Position numbers and translations under genes: made by a program. This document shows, piece after piece, positions 7,916-17,247 of a DNA stretch of 64,000 nt (its first letter is position 1; each line of letters opens with the position of its first letter). The DNA is taken from NCBI GenBank assembly GCA_965219415.1, contig CBDCNP010000002.1, positions 608,001-672,000 of the forward strand, written 5' to 3'. This DNA is from Candidatus Marinacidobacterales bacterium. Lineage in GTDB: Bacteria > Acidobacteriota > Vicinamibacteria > Marinacidobacterales > DATDRI01. The notes beneath the pieces were generated by a model, which saw nothing but the letters and a program-made list of their open reading frames with translations, ran no database searches and was not told where the DNA came from.

Positions 7916-9316
7916 CTACCCTCCGGAAGCCTGGGGAGTGAGGGTGTATCCGAGAGCTTCGGCTGCCTTTTGTAAACCGTTGATGTGGTTTTGGCGAAAA
8001 CGGTCTTCGAAGGCGCGTTCGCCGATATCGATGTAATCGTGGCCATATTTGAGCATGCGGAAGACGAGCTGGGCGAGCTTGCGTGCTGTAGCAAAGACGG
8101 CGGTTTTGCCATCTTTACGGCGAGCAGTGCGGCGATAGTAAGCGCCTAGGGCGGTCTTGGAGCGGGAGAGAGATACAGCGGCCATACGTAAGGCACCGGC
8201 GATGCGATTGGAGCCGGCGCCGTTGCGGCGTTTGGAGAGTTGTTTACCGCCGGAGATAGGGCGACGTGGGGCGAGATGTAGCCATGAGACGAAGAATTTT
8301 TCGAAAGGGAAATCAGAGAGGTCGAATCCGATCTCGGTGAGGACAATGGCGGCGGTGGTTGGACTGATTCCGTCGATCCTGGTGAGGTCGCATCCAGCAA
8401 AACGCCACAGCTCGTTGCGCAGTTCGCTCTCGCCCCGATGCTGCATGTCGTATCGTTTTTGCGGATTTGGATGAGCTGGCACGTTGTGGTGTCTGCGTTG
8501 TGGCGGCTGGAGTTCGATGAGCACTTCAAGGATACGCTGGTCGAACAGTTCGACTTCGGCTTGTAGCGCATCGTAGAGACGCAGAGCCGATGCGAGGTTG
8601 AAAAGATGCTCGTCACGCCAAGTGCCGGTAAGATGCTCGGCGATCTCCTCTTCGCTCTTCTTGCAGCGTTGGTCACGAAATGCAGCCAGCTTTGACGGGT
8701 CACGCTCACCATCAACGATGGCGCGCACGATGAGCATGCCTGTGACGCCGGTAATGTCGGTCACTGCACGATGGACCTGAACGTTCATTTGGTCCAGAGA
8801 TTTCTGTATCCATTGAATAGCTCGACTACACTGCTCGATGAGGCTGCAACGCTGTCGGTGAAGCGAGCGTAGGCGGCAGATCGACTCACCAGGACGAAAC
8901 GAGCCTCGCAACAGACCACAGCTGTGTAACAGCTGCAGCCACTGACAGTCATGCATATCGGTTTTACGCCCGGGGACGTTTTTTAACTGTCGAGCATTTA
9001 CCAGCACCACTTCAAGACCCCGCGATTCAAGCAACTCATAAATCGGAATCCAATAGACGTAGGTGCTTTCCATCGCAACCGATTCGACTCCTTGCTCGAT
9101 GAGCCAATCCCCCATTTGATTCAAAGACGGTGTCGTTGGGGAAAACACCCGCACGTTCACTTTACCGTCCGACAAGGCCGGCCCACATACCCAATGCTCA
9201 CGACTGCCAATATCGATGCCTGCTACCTTCGACCTTGTCACCGGCAGCGATTGCGGCGACAGATTCTTCGACTTCCTACCACTCTTTTTCACGCGCTTGT
9301 GCATCACTGACCTCAC
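7916..9316 (-). CDS. IS110-family transposase/recombinase (DEDD)
   Basis: AGIDIG, VAMEST, GRKTDMHDCQW, IDGIS, PISGG, ATARKLA. Confidence 0.95.
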   Translation of the reverse strand: MRSVMHKRVKKSGRKSKNLSPQSLPVTRSKVAGIDIGSREHWVCGPALSDGKVNVRVFSPTTPSLNQMGDWLIEQGVESVAMESTYVYWIPIYELLESRGLEVVLVNARQLKNVPGRKTDMHDCQWLQLLHSCGLLRGSFRPGESICRLRSLHRQRCSLIEQCSRAIQWIQKSLDQMNVQVHRAVTDITGVTGMLIVRAIVDGERDPSKLAAFRDQRCKKSEEEIAEHLTGTWRDEHLFNLASALRLYDALQAEVELFDQRILEVLIELQPPQRRHHNVPAHPNPQKRYDMQHRGESELRNELWRFAGCDLTRIDGISPTTAAIVLTEIGFDLSDFPFEKFFVSWLHLAPRRPISGGKQLSKRRNGAGSNRIAGALRMAAVSLSRSKTALGAYYRRTARRKDGKTAVFATARKLAQLVFRMLKYGHDYIDIGERAFEDRFRQNHINGLQKAAEALGYTLTPQASGG

Positions 9317-9329
9317 ATGTATTTTGTGA

Positions 9330-9490
9330 GTGAAGGCTCCGGCCCGAGATGGCGATTGTTAGGATTCTGACCCTGGGGAGTGCTTCCGTTCAAAGCCTCG
9401 CCAATGATAGGGAGCCGGATCGGACCCAAGCTCGTCCTGGGGCATTAGTGCACCAGTGGTGCTACGGGGTTTAGCTGCCGGGGCCTTCAC
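9330..9490 (-). ncRNA. putative IS110 bridge RNA
   Basis: Non-coding end upstream of the recombinase, closed by a 14-bp stem (9330-9343 with 9477-9490, one mismatch), with short matches to the flanking target and to the opposite element end. Confidence 0.6.
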
Positions 9491-9540
9491 CGACAACCCT
9501 TTTATCAGCTCAGGTAGTTTCTCGCCTGATAGGGCCGGCC

Positions 9541-10655
9541 TCACGAAGGCCGCCGAAGCTCGACTACACCCTCACTCCCCAGCACTGCGAGAGGTCGTTT
9601 CGGGTCAAGTGCTGTCCAACCGAATCCCCGGCGAACGTACCGGTCTTCGCCGGACGCAGGATCACGTGATCCAAGATTGGAAACGGTCGCACGCTGTAGG
9701 ACTCCAGAGTCTCGGGAAATCATGCCGGCGCTGGCTCGCGGTTCGGTCTGGAAGCCAGACGGTTTTCTCTGAGAACGTCTCTTTAGGGGCAAGGGCTTTT
9801 CGATGACACCCAATGGCCCTTCCCAAGTCAGCCGGTTGGGAGCCCAGCCCTTGACCTTCAATCGCCCTCCGGTGATCGCCGCGTGACAGACCGCGCAGAG
9901 CGTGTGGAGATTCCAGGTCTCATCGGGACCGCCACGAGCCCGCGGAATGATGTGATTCGCGGTTAGAGCGGTTCGATTACTGCACCCGGGCCGGGTGCAC
10001 TTCCATCCGTCCCGCTCCGCGACTTTCCGAACATAGCCACCGTCAGTTTCCGGACCGTCTCCGAATGCAGGCGTTGTTGCATACCCACAAAGCGCCTCCG
10101 CGCACATGAGGTCGAAGACTTCGATGTCGCTCAGTGTTTTCCCCGCCAATCGCTCGAGGGCTTCCCGCGCCTGCTCCCAAGCTTCGACGCGTTCGCCCTT
10201 CGAGAACAAAGAAGAGGGATTTCCTCGTCGTCGGAGGCTGTTTCCTTTTCACTTCCTGCTCGAGCTGACGATTGCTCATGCTGTTACAGCGGTCGAGCCA
10301 CTTGGCCTCGGTCTTCGGTGTCGCGACTTTCACGACTTCCCTCGCCTTGGTCCAAGGAATGTCCCCTCGCCGGAAGGCCTTCTTCAACCTAGGCAACTCT
10401 TCGAAACGCTCCGCCATGTGCAACAGCGAGCGCGTCTTTCGATCCTCGAAGCCGAGACTTTCGCGGGCGTAGTCGACGGTCGAGGCAAAGCCGTACCTGA
10501 GATAAAGCCGTCGGGTCTCGACTTCCTGAAGATAGAAGCACAAGACGGACTCCACGCGGCGATGCACGCGGGCCGCGGCGACGAGGCCCCGATCGACCTC
10601 GCTCGGGGGGAAGACCTTTCTTCATTTCGAGAGCGGCTGCAGCAGACAGGGACAT
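9541..10655 (-). pseudogene. DUF222-like/HNH endonuclease, split by two frameshifts (~10.6 kb and ~10.2 kb)
   Basis: GFASTVDYARESLGF...GDIPWTKAREVVKVATP, then RDGWKCTRPGCSNR...NHIIPRARGGPDETWNLHTLCAVCH. The frameshifts may be sequencing errors. Confidence 0.75.
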
Positions 10656-11072
10656 GACACTAACTCCTTTTAAAATGAATGGCTTAACAAGAAATCTTCA
10701 CACTTCAATATAGGAGTATGTTAGGTGAAAGTCAAGAGTATTTAAGTTGTGTAATTATCTGAAAACAAAAGGATTAGAAGAAAAATCGGATGGTGAGAGA
10801 TCTGGGCGTTACCTCTTAACTTGCTGATAAAAAGCCACTTGCCTACTGCTTCGCGTCAAGACCGGATGTGATCGAAGGTCCGAGTCCCCCGAGCCGCCCG
10901 GGGTGTTCTGCTTCCCCTCTGGTCAAGTCCTATCGGCTAGGACAAACCGAAGCTTCCGCTACACCTTCAGTCCCCTATACCTGCTGGACGGTCGTTCCGC
11001 CGCGGCTAGCCTCATGGCAACTCCCCATCTTGGCAGCAAGCCAGTTCAATCTTGTAAAATACCCAGTTGACG

Positions 11073-11966
11073 ATGAAGAACCTGGTTCCACTGCCGTATC
11101 GCCGTGTCTCCGTCCAGCCTTACCAAGGCCAGATGACGGAGCCAGCCATCCGCGCCCACCTGATGGGCCGCGAGACCTATCGGCGCACGGATTTCGTCGT
11201 CCTCAGGCAGGGGCAACAGACCGCGGTCGTCGAGGTCACTGCCCCCGACCGAGAGAGCCTCTTCAGCCCCATCGATTCCGTCCGCATCGTGGCCCTGCCC
11301 GAAACATGTGTCTTCGTCGAAGCCTCAGAGACCGACCCGGCCAACCCGTCCTCCCTCGCCGCCAAGGCGCACGAGCTCGGAATCGAAGGCGAGCAAACAC
11401 TCGTGGTACGCGGCAAGTACGAGCACGTCGGTTTCATTCATCACCCCGAACCAATGGTCATCCGTGTCGTGGAGGTCTCTCCGCCCGAGCCACCCAAATT
11501 GTTCGACCTCGCCCAACGCGTACTCGGTTACGCGGAGCTTCCACCGATCCGGTTGGAGCTCACACGGATCGACCTGATCGAGCTCGCCGAAGGCCACTCT
11601 CCTTCCTCCTTCTTAGTGCCTTGCCGCTCTGGAGGACTGGAAGCGCTCAAGGCGCCGGTGCACTTTCTGGACGAGCGCCCCGAGCGGCACGACTGGACGA
11701 TGATCGGATGCGAACGCAGTTTGCAGTTCCACCGCCATTTCTACGGCGACGAGCCGCCCCGCATAGAGCTCTGCCCTCGCCAACTGGCGGGCAACAACGA
11801 CACACCAACGCTACTCAAATGCTGCCTGCTCGAGTTCGACACCGAGCTCGACGGAAGCACGGTGGCGGCGCCGTGGGGTGCCGACTTGGCGATGGTGGAA
11901 AAGGCCATCCGCCAACTCGTGGCGGTCGCCGAGCCCGCACCCGCCGGCGCATCTAAAGTTCCCTGA
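11073..11966 (+). CDS. Cys-rich conserved hypothetical protein, probable XcbA-like component of the CoM biosynthesis cluster
   Basis: First gene of the comA operon; LVPCR, IGCERSLQFH, LCP, LLKCCLLE and PWGA motifs. The XcbA assignment rests on position and recall. Confidence 0.6.
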   Translation: MKNLVPLPYRRVSVQPYQGQMTEPAIRAHLMGRETYRRTDFVVLRQGQQTAVVEVTAPDRESLFSPIDSVRIVALPETCVFVEASETDPANPSSLAAKAHELGIEGEQTLVVRGKYEHVGFIHHPEPMVIRVVEVSPPEPPKLFDLAQRVLGYAELPPIRLELTRIDLIELAEGHSPSSFLVPCRSGGLEALKAPVHFLDERPERHDWTMIGCERSLQFHRHFYGDEPPRIELCPRQLAGNNDTPTLLKCCLLEFDTELDGSTVAAPWGADLAMVEKAIRQLVAVAEPAPAGASKVP

Positions 11967-11991
11967 CCGCAATCACCGGAGGAAAGCCTTC

Positions 11992-12828
11992 ATGACCAAA
12001 GCCTGGACTGCCATCTTTCCCGAACTGGCGGCCCGCTCGCGCAAGCCGCGCACTCGCGGGGTGACGATGCTCCTCGACAAGTGCCAGGGCCCCTCGGCCA
12101 CCGAAGATCTCTTGGCGATGTCGGGTGACTACATCGACTTCTGGAAGATGTCCTACGGGACATCGGCTCTCCTCGACGATGGTTTCCTACGTCGTAAGAT
12201 CGAAACCATCGGCCAGCACGACATCATCGTGCATCCCGGCGGTACATTGGCCGAATACGCGATCATGCAAGGTGTCTGCCGAGAATACGTCCGACACTGC
12301 CAGACCCTCGGCTTCACCGGCGTCGAGATTTCGGATGGCACCATCGAGCTCGCGCCCGGTGCCCGACGGGATGCGATTCGGTACGCACGGGATCTCGGCT
12401 TAACCGTTGTCACCGAGGTGGGCAAGAAAGACCCCAACGAACAACCTCCGGTGGAGCTACTCGCAGAGCAAGCACTGGCCGACTTCGATTCGGGAGCCTC
12501 CTGGGTGATCGTCGACGCGCGGGAGTCTGGCCGAGGAGTCGGGGTATTCGATGCGGATGGCTCCGTCCGCGAGGACGCGGTGGATGCCATGGTCGACATC
12601 CTAGAAGGCCATCTCGATAAGATGATCTGGGAGACACCGCTCAAGAAACAGCAGGAGTACTTCGTCATTCGCTTCGGGCCGCACATCGGGCTGGGCAACA
12701 TCCAACCGCGCGACGTCCTGGCGCTGGAAGCGATGCGCACCGGGATCCGCTTCGAGACGTTCCACGCTTTTGCCAAGAAGCTCCTCGAGGAAGCCCAGCA
12801 GGCTCGAGAGACGGCGGACGAGGGATAA
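11992..12828 (+). CDS. comA: phosphosulfolactate synthase (ComA/XcbB)
   Basis: RSRKPRTRGVTMLLDK, YIDFWKMSYGT, PGGTLAE, VEISDG, TEVGKK, ARESG, LEAMRTGIR; GGAGG RBS. Confidence 0.92.
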   Translation: MTKAWTAIFPELAARSRKPRTRGVTMLLDKCQGPSATEDLLAMSGDYIDFWKMSYGTSALLDDGFLRRKIETIGQHDIIVHPGGTLAEYAIMQGVCREYVRHCQTLGFTGVEISDGTIELAPGARRDAIRYARDLGLTVVTEVGKKDPNEQPPVELLAEQALADFDSGASWVIVDARESGRGVGVFDADGSVREDAVDAMVDILEGHLDKMIWETPLKKQQEYFVIRFGPHIGLGNIQPRDVLALEAMRTGIRFETFHAFAKKLLEEAQQARETADEG

Positions 12829-12837
12829 AGGATCGCG

Positions 12838-14415
12838 ATGGTGTTTGGCGAACCCCCGTCCGACGAGCTCATCCGAACCGCGTACGCACGCGAAGCGGGC
12901 GACACGGCTATCCTTTGTAAGGGGATGAGCCTGGCCGACATCGCCCACGTCGTGGGGCTGGTCGAATCCAAGATCATTCCCCGCCAAGCGGGAGGCGAGC
13001 TCCTGTGGGCATTGCTGGAAATCCATCCTTCACCGCCGATGGATTTTGCTGTCGATCCCGCCCGCGGTGATTCCTACTCCAACCGGGAGTCCTACCTGAG
13101 AATGCTTACCCCCTCGACCGGGTGGCTGTCGGTGGGCCGAGCGAGACGTGAGTCCACGACCACCGGTTATCGAATCACCGTCCGAGAGCGGCTGCTGAGC
13201 TTGGCCGGCGCACTCGGCGACTGCGCTACGGCGGCACTCGAGCAATGTGACGCGCATCGAGCGACTCTCTTCCCCGACTACACCTACCTGCAGCCGGCTC
13301 AACCGACGGTGTTCGCGCATTACCTGCTCACGTTCGTCTACCCAATGCTCCGGGACCTCGAGCGTCTCGGGGGCGCCTTCGCGCGTACCAACGTTTCGCC
13401 GGCCGGGTGTGGGAGCGTCAACGGAAGCCGACTCCCCTTGGACCGCGAAGCGCTGTCCGCCATGCTCGGCTTCGATCGCCCCATCCCGCATGCACGCGAC
13501 GCCATGTGGCAGGCGGACGGTCCGATCGAAAACGCCGCCCTCATCACTGGAGCGCTGGTCAACCTCGACCGCTTGGCCGAAGACCTGCAGATCTTTTCGA
13601 CATCGGAGTTCGGGCTCGTCGAGTTGGCCGACCGCCACGCGCGCGCGAGCGTGATCATGCCGCAGAAGAAAAACCCGTACTCGCTCGCCTATCTCCGCGG
13701 GCTCGCCGGGGCCTCCATCGGCACTCTCGCTGCGATGGCTGCGGTCGCGAAGACACCTTCCGGACAGATCGACAATCGCATGTTCGCCTATGGCGACGTA
13801 CCACGGGCGCTCGATCACGCGGCGGACGCAGCACGCTTGATGGCCGACGTGCTCCGAGGGATCACGGTGAAGACGGATGTCGCCGAGCGTCGAGCCGCTC
13901 AAGACTTTCTCGGTGCGACCGATTTAGCGGAAGTCATCATGATCGAGTGCGAGATCGACTATAAGACGGCGCACCGCATCGTGGCTCGGGCCATCCGCGA
14001 AGCGCTCGACTCGGGCGAATCGGGGTTGTCCGTGAAACGGCTGGAAGCGAGCGCCGAAGCCACCGTTGGAAAACAGCTCGGTCTCTCGAAGAACAGAATT
14101 CGCGAATCGCTCGACCCGGCGAGTATCGTCGCGACACGCAGCGGCATCGGTGGCGCAGCGAGCGAATCGGTGGGTGAGATGATCGCCGAATGCAGGAAGG
14201 GCCTGAAGGAAAATGAAACGTGGCGTCTCACCACGGGAAGGAAGCTCGTCGAGGCCGAAACTCGGCTGGGAATGAAGGCCACGGTACTGAAGATCGTGCC
14301 CGCCGAGGGGGACGGCTCATCTGGAGCCGAGCGAGCCGAATCGGATTCTTGGGAAAAGGAGTTCGAAGATCTTCCCAAGATGCCTCCGGGGCGCCGCCGG
14401 TTTCCAGCCGAATGA
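12838..14415 (+). CDS. argininosuccinate lyase-like aspartase/fumarase superfamily enzyme (XcbC-like)
   Basis: YTYLQPAQP, SVIMPQKKNP, ATDLAE; directly after comA. Confidence 0.85.
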   Translation: MVFGEPPSDELIRTAYAREAGDTAILCKGMSLADIAHVVGLVESKIIPRQAGGELLWALLEIHPSPPMDFAVDPARGDSYSNRESYLRMLTPSTGWLSVGRARRESTTTGYRITVRERLLSLAGALGDCATAALEQCDAHRATLFPDYTYLQPAQPTVFAHYLLTFVYPMLRDLERLGGAFARTNVSPAGCGSVNGSRLPLDREALSAMLGFDRPIPHARDAMWQADGPIENAALITGALVNLDRLAEDLQIFSTSEFGLVELADRHARASVIMPQKKNPYSLAYLRGLAGASIGTLAAMAAVAKTPSGQIDNRMFAYGDVPRALDHAADAARLMADVLRGITVKTDVAERRAAQDFLGATDLAEVIMIECEIDYKTAHRIVARAIREALDSGESGLSVKRLEASAEATVGKQLGLSKNRIRESLDPASIVATRSGIGGAASESVGEMIAECRKGLKENETWRLTTGRKLVEAETRLGMKATVLKIVPAEGDGSSGAERAESDSWEKEFEDLPKMPPGRRRFPAE

Positions 14416-14439
14416 CCGCTCCCGTCAGAGCCTAACGTC

Positions 14440-15819
14440 ATGCCATCTCACATTTCCGATTCGCTGATCTACCGGGGTTCATGGGGAACCGAGGAGACGC
14501 GTGCGATATTCGACGACGTGCCCCGAACCCGCGCGTGGCTCGAGATCCTGGCGGTGCTCGCGGAAAGCCAAGCGGAGGTGGGTCTCATCCCCGCCGACGA
14601 TGCCCAGAAAGTGGCGCGCGCCTGCCGAGAGATGACGCTCGACGCCGAGTTCTTCGAGGAGGTCCGCAAGGGTTTCGAGGAAACGAATCACACCACGCTC
14701 GGCCTCATTCGCGCCGTCCAGAAGCGTTGCCCGGAAGGGTCCGGCGAATGGGTCTACTACGGTGCCACCGTGCAAGACATCGCCGACACCTGGACCATGA
14801 TGGCGGTCGCGCAAGTCTGGTCCATCGCGTTCCGAGAGTCGAGAGCGCTCGAAGAGAATCTTCTTCGACTGGCGGAGACACACAAAAACACGGTCATGGC
14901 CGGTCGCACGCACGGCCAGCCGGGACTACCTATCACCTTCGGTTTCAAGGCAGCGGTTTGGGCGAGCGAAACTCGACGCCACATCGCGCGCCTCAAAGAC
15001 ATTAGACATCGCCTCGGAGTGGGGCAACTTGCGGGCGGCGTAGGCAGCATGTCCTCGTTGGGCCCGCAGGCGTTCACGCTGCAGGAAAAGTTCTGTTCTC
15101 GTCTGGGGCTTCAATCGCCGGATATCTCATGGACCACCGCGCGGGACGTTCTGGTGGAGTGGTTCCAGCTGCTCACTTTGATATCAGGTACCGCGGACAA
15201 GATGGGGCATGAGATCTACAACCTGCAGCGTCCCGAGATCGGCGAGGTCAGTGAAGGTTTCGTACCGGGAACGGTGGGGAGCATCACCATGCCACACAAG
15301 CGTAACCCCGAGATCGCGGAGCACCTGGGAACGCTGGCAAGAGTGATCCGACACAACACGGCTCTCCTGGCTGAATCTCAAGTGCACGACCACGAGCGGG
15401 ACGGACGGGCTTGGAAATCGGAGTGGGCGGTTCTCGCCGAGACCTCGATGGCGGCGGCGAAATTGCTCGAGTTAACCAACACAATGACCGAACATCTCGA
15501 CGTCCACGCCGACCGGGCGCTCGCTAATCTGGAAGCGAGCCAAGGCTTCGTGCTGTCAGAAGCCGTCATGCTGAAGCTTGCGGAGTATGTTGGCAAGCAA
15601 AGTGCCCACACGCTGGTGTACGAGACCGCGATGAAGGCACACGACGAGGGGCGTCCGCTAAAGGACGCCATTCTGAAGAATGATGCCATCTGCAAGCACC
15701 TGTCCGCGGAGGCCATCGAGGATCTGTTCGACTACCGGCGACATGCGGGTTTCTGTAGCGAGCAAGTCGATCGGGTGCTGGAGCGGGCGAGGAAGGAGAG
15801 GGAGAGCGACTCGGAATGA
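14440..15819 (+). CDS. adenylosuccinate lyase-like enzyme (XcbD-like)
   Basis: GATVQDI, MAGRTHGQPG, GSITMPHKRNPE, HERD. Confidence 0.85.
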   Translation: MPSHISDSLIYRGSWGTEETRAIFDDVPRTRAWLEILAVLAESQAEVGLIPADDAQKVARACREMTLDAEFFEEVRKGFEETNHTTLGLIRAVQKRCPEGSGEWVYYGATVQDIADTWTMMAVAQVWSIAFRESRALEENLLRLAETHKNTVMAGRTHGQPGLPITFGFKAAVWASETRRHIARLKDIRHRLGVGQLAGGVGSMSSLGPQAFTLQEKFCSRLGLQSPDISWTTARDVLVEWFQLLTLISGTADKMGHEIYNLQRPEIGEVSEGFVPGTVGSITMPHKRNPEIAEHLGTLARVIRHNTALLAESQVHDHERDGRAWKSEWAVLAETSMAAAKLLELTNTMTEHLDVHADRALANLEASQGFVLSEAVMLKLAEYVGKQSAHTLVYETAMKAHDEGRPLKDAILKNDAICKHLSAEAIEDLFDYRRHAGFCSEQVDRVLERARKERESDSE

Positions 15820-16235
15820 AAACCTATTTCTACATCGGGCTGGCACTGATTCCACTCACCTTCGGAGCGTGTGGCAACGGAGCCGGCTCCAAGAGTGCCG
15901 AAGCCAACATCAAACCCCTCCCTATCGGCAACCCGGCAGACGGAGAAAGCGTCTTCATGGGTACGTGCATCAAGTGCCACGGCAAAGATGCAACCGGAAT
16001 CGAAGGTTCAGGAACGAACCTGACCATCAGCGATTTCGTCAGAAATCATGCGGATGCCGAGTTGGTGGACTACATCAAGACCGGACGCCCGATGAACGAC
16101 CCACTCAACACGACGGGCATCGCCATGCCCCCGTACGGCGCCAATCCGATGCTAACCGATCAGGATCTCGCAGACGTCGTTTCGTACCTCAGGACCGTCC
16201 TTAGAACCTCGACCATGGAAAACAACGACAAGTGA
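15816..16235 (+). CDS. monoheme cytochrome c, probable lipoprotein
   Basis: Lipobox-like FGAC, CIKCHG heme motif, distal MPP; ATGA overlap with the upstream gene. Confidence 0.85.
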   Translation: MKTYFYIGLALIPLTFGACGNGAGSKSAEANIKPLPIGNPADGESVFMGTCIKCHGKDATGIEGSGTNLTISDFVRNHADAELVDYIKTGRPMNDPLNTTGIAMPPYGANPMLTDQDLADVVSYLRTVLRTSTMENNDK

Positions 16236-16251
16236 CGAAGAGACAACCAAT

Positions 16252-17247
16252 ATGTCGACACCCTCTCGTTTCGAGCTAGCCATTCTACCTACACCCCTCG
16301 TCGAGGCCTCGCGTTTATCGCGAGCTCTCGAGGGTCCCCGAATCCTTATCAAGCGCGACGACCTGACGGGTTTCGGTTTCGGTGGCAACAAAGTACGTGG
16401 ACTCGAGTATTCCATCGCCGACGCCACCGCCAAAGAAGCCGATGTTGTCGTCACCGGTGCGGGACCGCAATCGAATCACATCCGCGCCACCGCGGCCGCG
16501 GCGCGGGCAGCGGGGCTCGATGTGGTCGCCGTCATGCACGGCGAGCGACCCGCCGAGACGCAGGGCAATCTTCTTCTCGATCAATGGCTAGATGTCGAGA
16601 CGCGATTCACAAATGATCCCGACCGCAGCCTCTTGGATCAAAAGATCGAGGAAGTCGCGGAGGAGCTCCGGCAATCGGGGCGACGACCGTATGTCATTCC
16701 TCGGGGAGGTTCTTCGGCGATCAGTGCCTGCGGTTACGTGCAGTGTGCCCGCGAATTGGGAGACCAGCTCGTAGATCTAGGTGCTCGACCGCACTGGCTG
16801 ATCCTGGCCACCGGAGGCGGCGGCACGCATGCGGGCCTCCTCGCCGGTTCGAAGATCTACGATGCGCCGTATCGCATTCTCGGTGTCACCGTAAGCCGCC
16901 CGGCCGATGAGTGCGAGGAGCGGATCGCACACCTGGCCCGCGAGGCGGCACAGCTCTTCCGACCTCAAGGGGAAGCCATCCACATCACCCCCGACGACAT
17001 CTCGGTCCGCGACGGTTTTATCGGTGACGGGTATGGGATCCCCTCACCTGAGGGCATCGAAGCGATCCGCCTGCTGAGCCGGACAGAGGGGTTGTTCTTG
17101 GATCCGACTTACACCGGTAAGGCCATGGCGGGGCTCATCGGCGAGATCCGATCGGGGCGCATTAGAAAAGGCGAGACGGTCGTCTTCGTTCACACCGGCG
17201 GAGAGCCTGCCCTCTTTGCCCACCCGGAGATCGCGACGCGTTCATGA
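16252..17247 (+). CDS. PLP-dependent D-cysteine desulfhydrase family enzyme (XcbE-like)
   Basis: IKRDDLTGFGFGGNKVR, QSNH, LDPTYTGKAM, HTGG. Confidence 0.9.
   Translation: MSTPSRFELAILPTPLVEASRLSRALEGPRILIKRDDLTGFGFGGNKVRGLEYSIADATAKEADVVVTGAGPQSNHIRATAAAARAAGLDVVAVMHGERPAETQGNLLLDQWLDVETRFTNDPDRSLLDQKIEEVAEELRQSGRRPYVIPRGGSSAISACGYVQCARELGDQLVDLGARPHWLILATGGGGTHAGLLAGSKIYDAPYRILGVTVSRPADECEERIAHLAREAAQLFRPQGEAIHITPDDISVRDGFIGDGYGIPSPEGIEAIRLLSRTEGLFLDPTYTGKAMAGLIGEIRSGRIRKGETVVFVHTGGEPALFAHPEIATRS

Larger units (their letters stand above)
7906..9528 (-). mobile_element. IS110-family element
   Basis: Recombinase gene; 9-bp subterminal inverted repeat GAAACTACC (7912-7920) / GGTAGTTTC (9513-9521); GCCTGA repeated at both junctions (7903-7908, 9524-9529). 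Exact ends approximate. Confidence 0.8.

Noticed and set aside
12838-17247. Calling these genes housekeeping argH, purB and dcyD
   Set aside because: Divergent motifs (e.g. SVIMPQKKNP) and operon position behind comA fit the CoM-pathway paralogs better.
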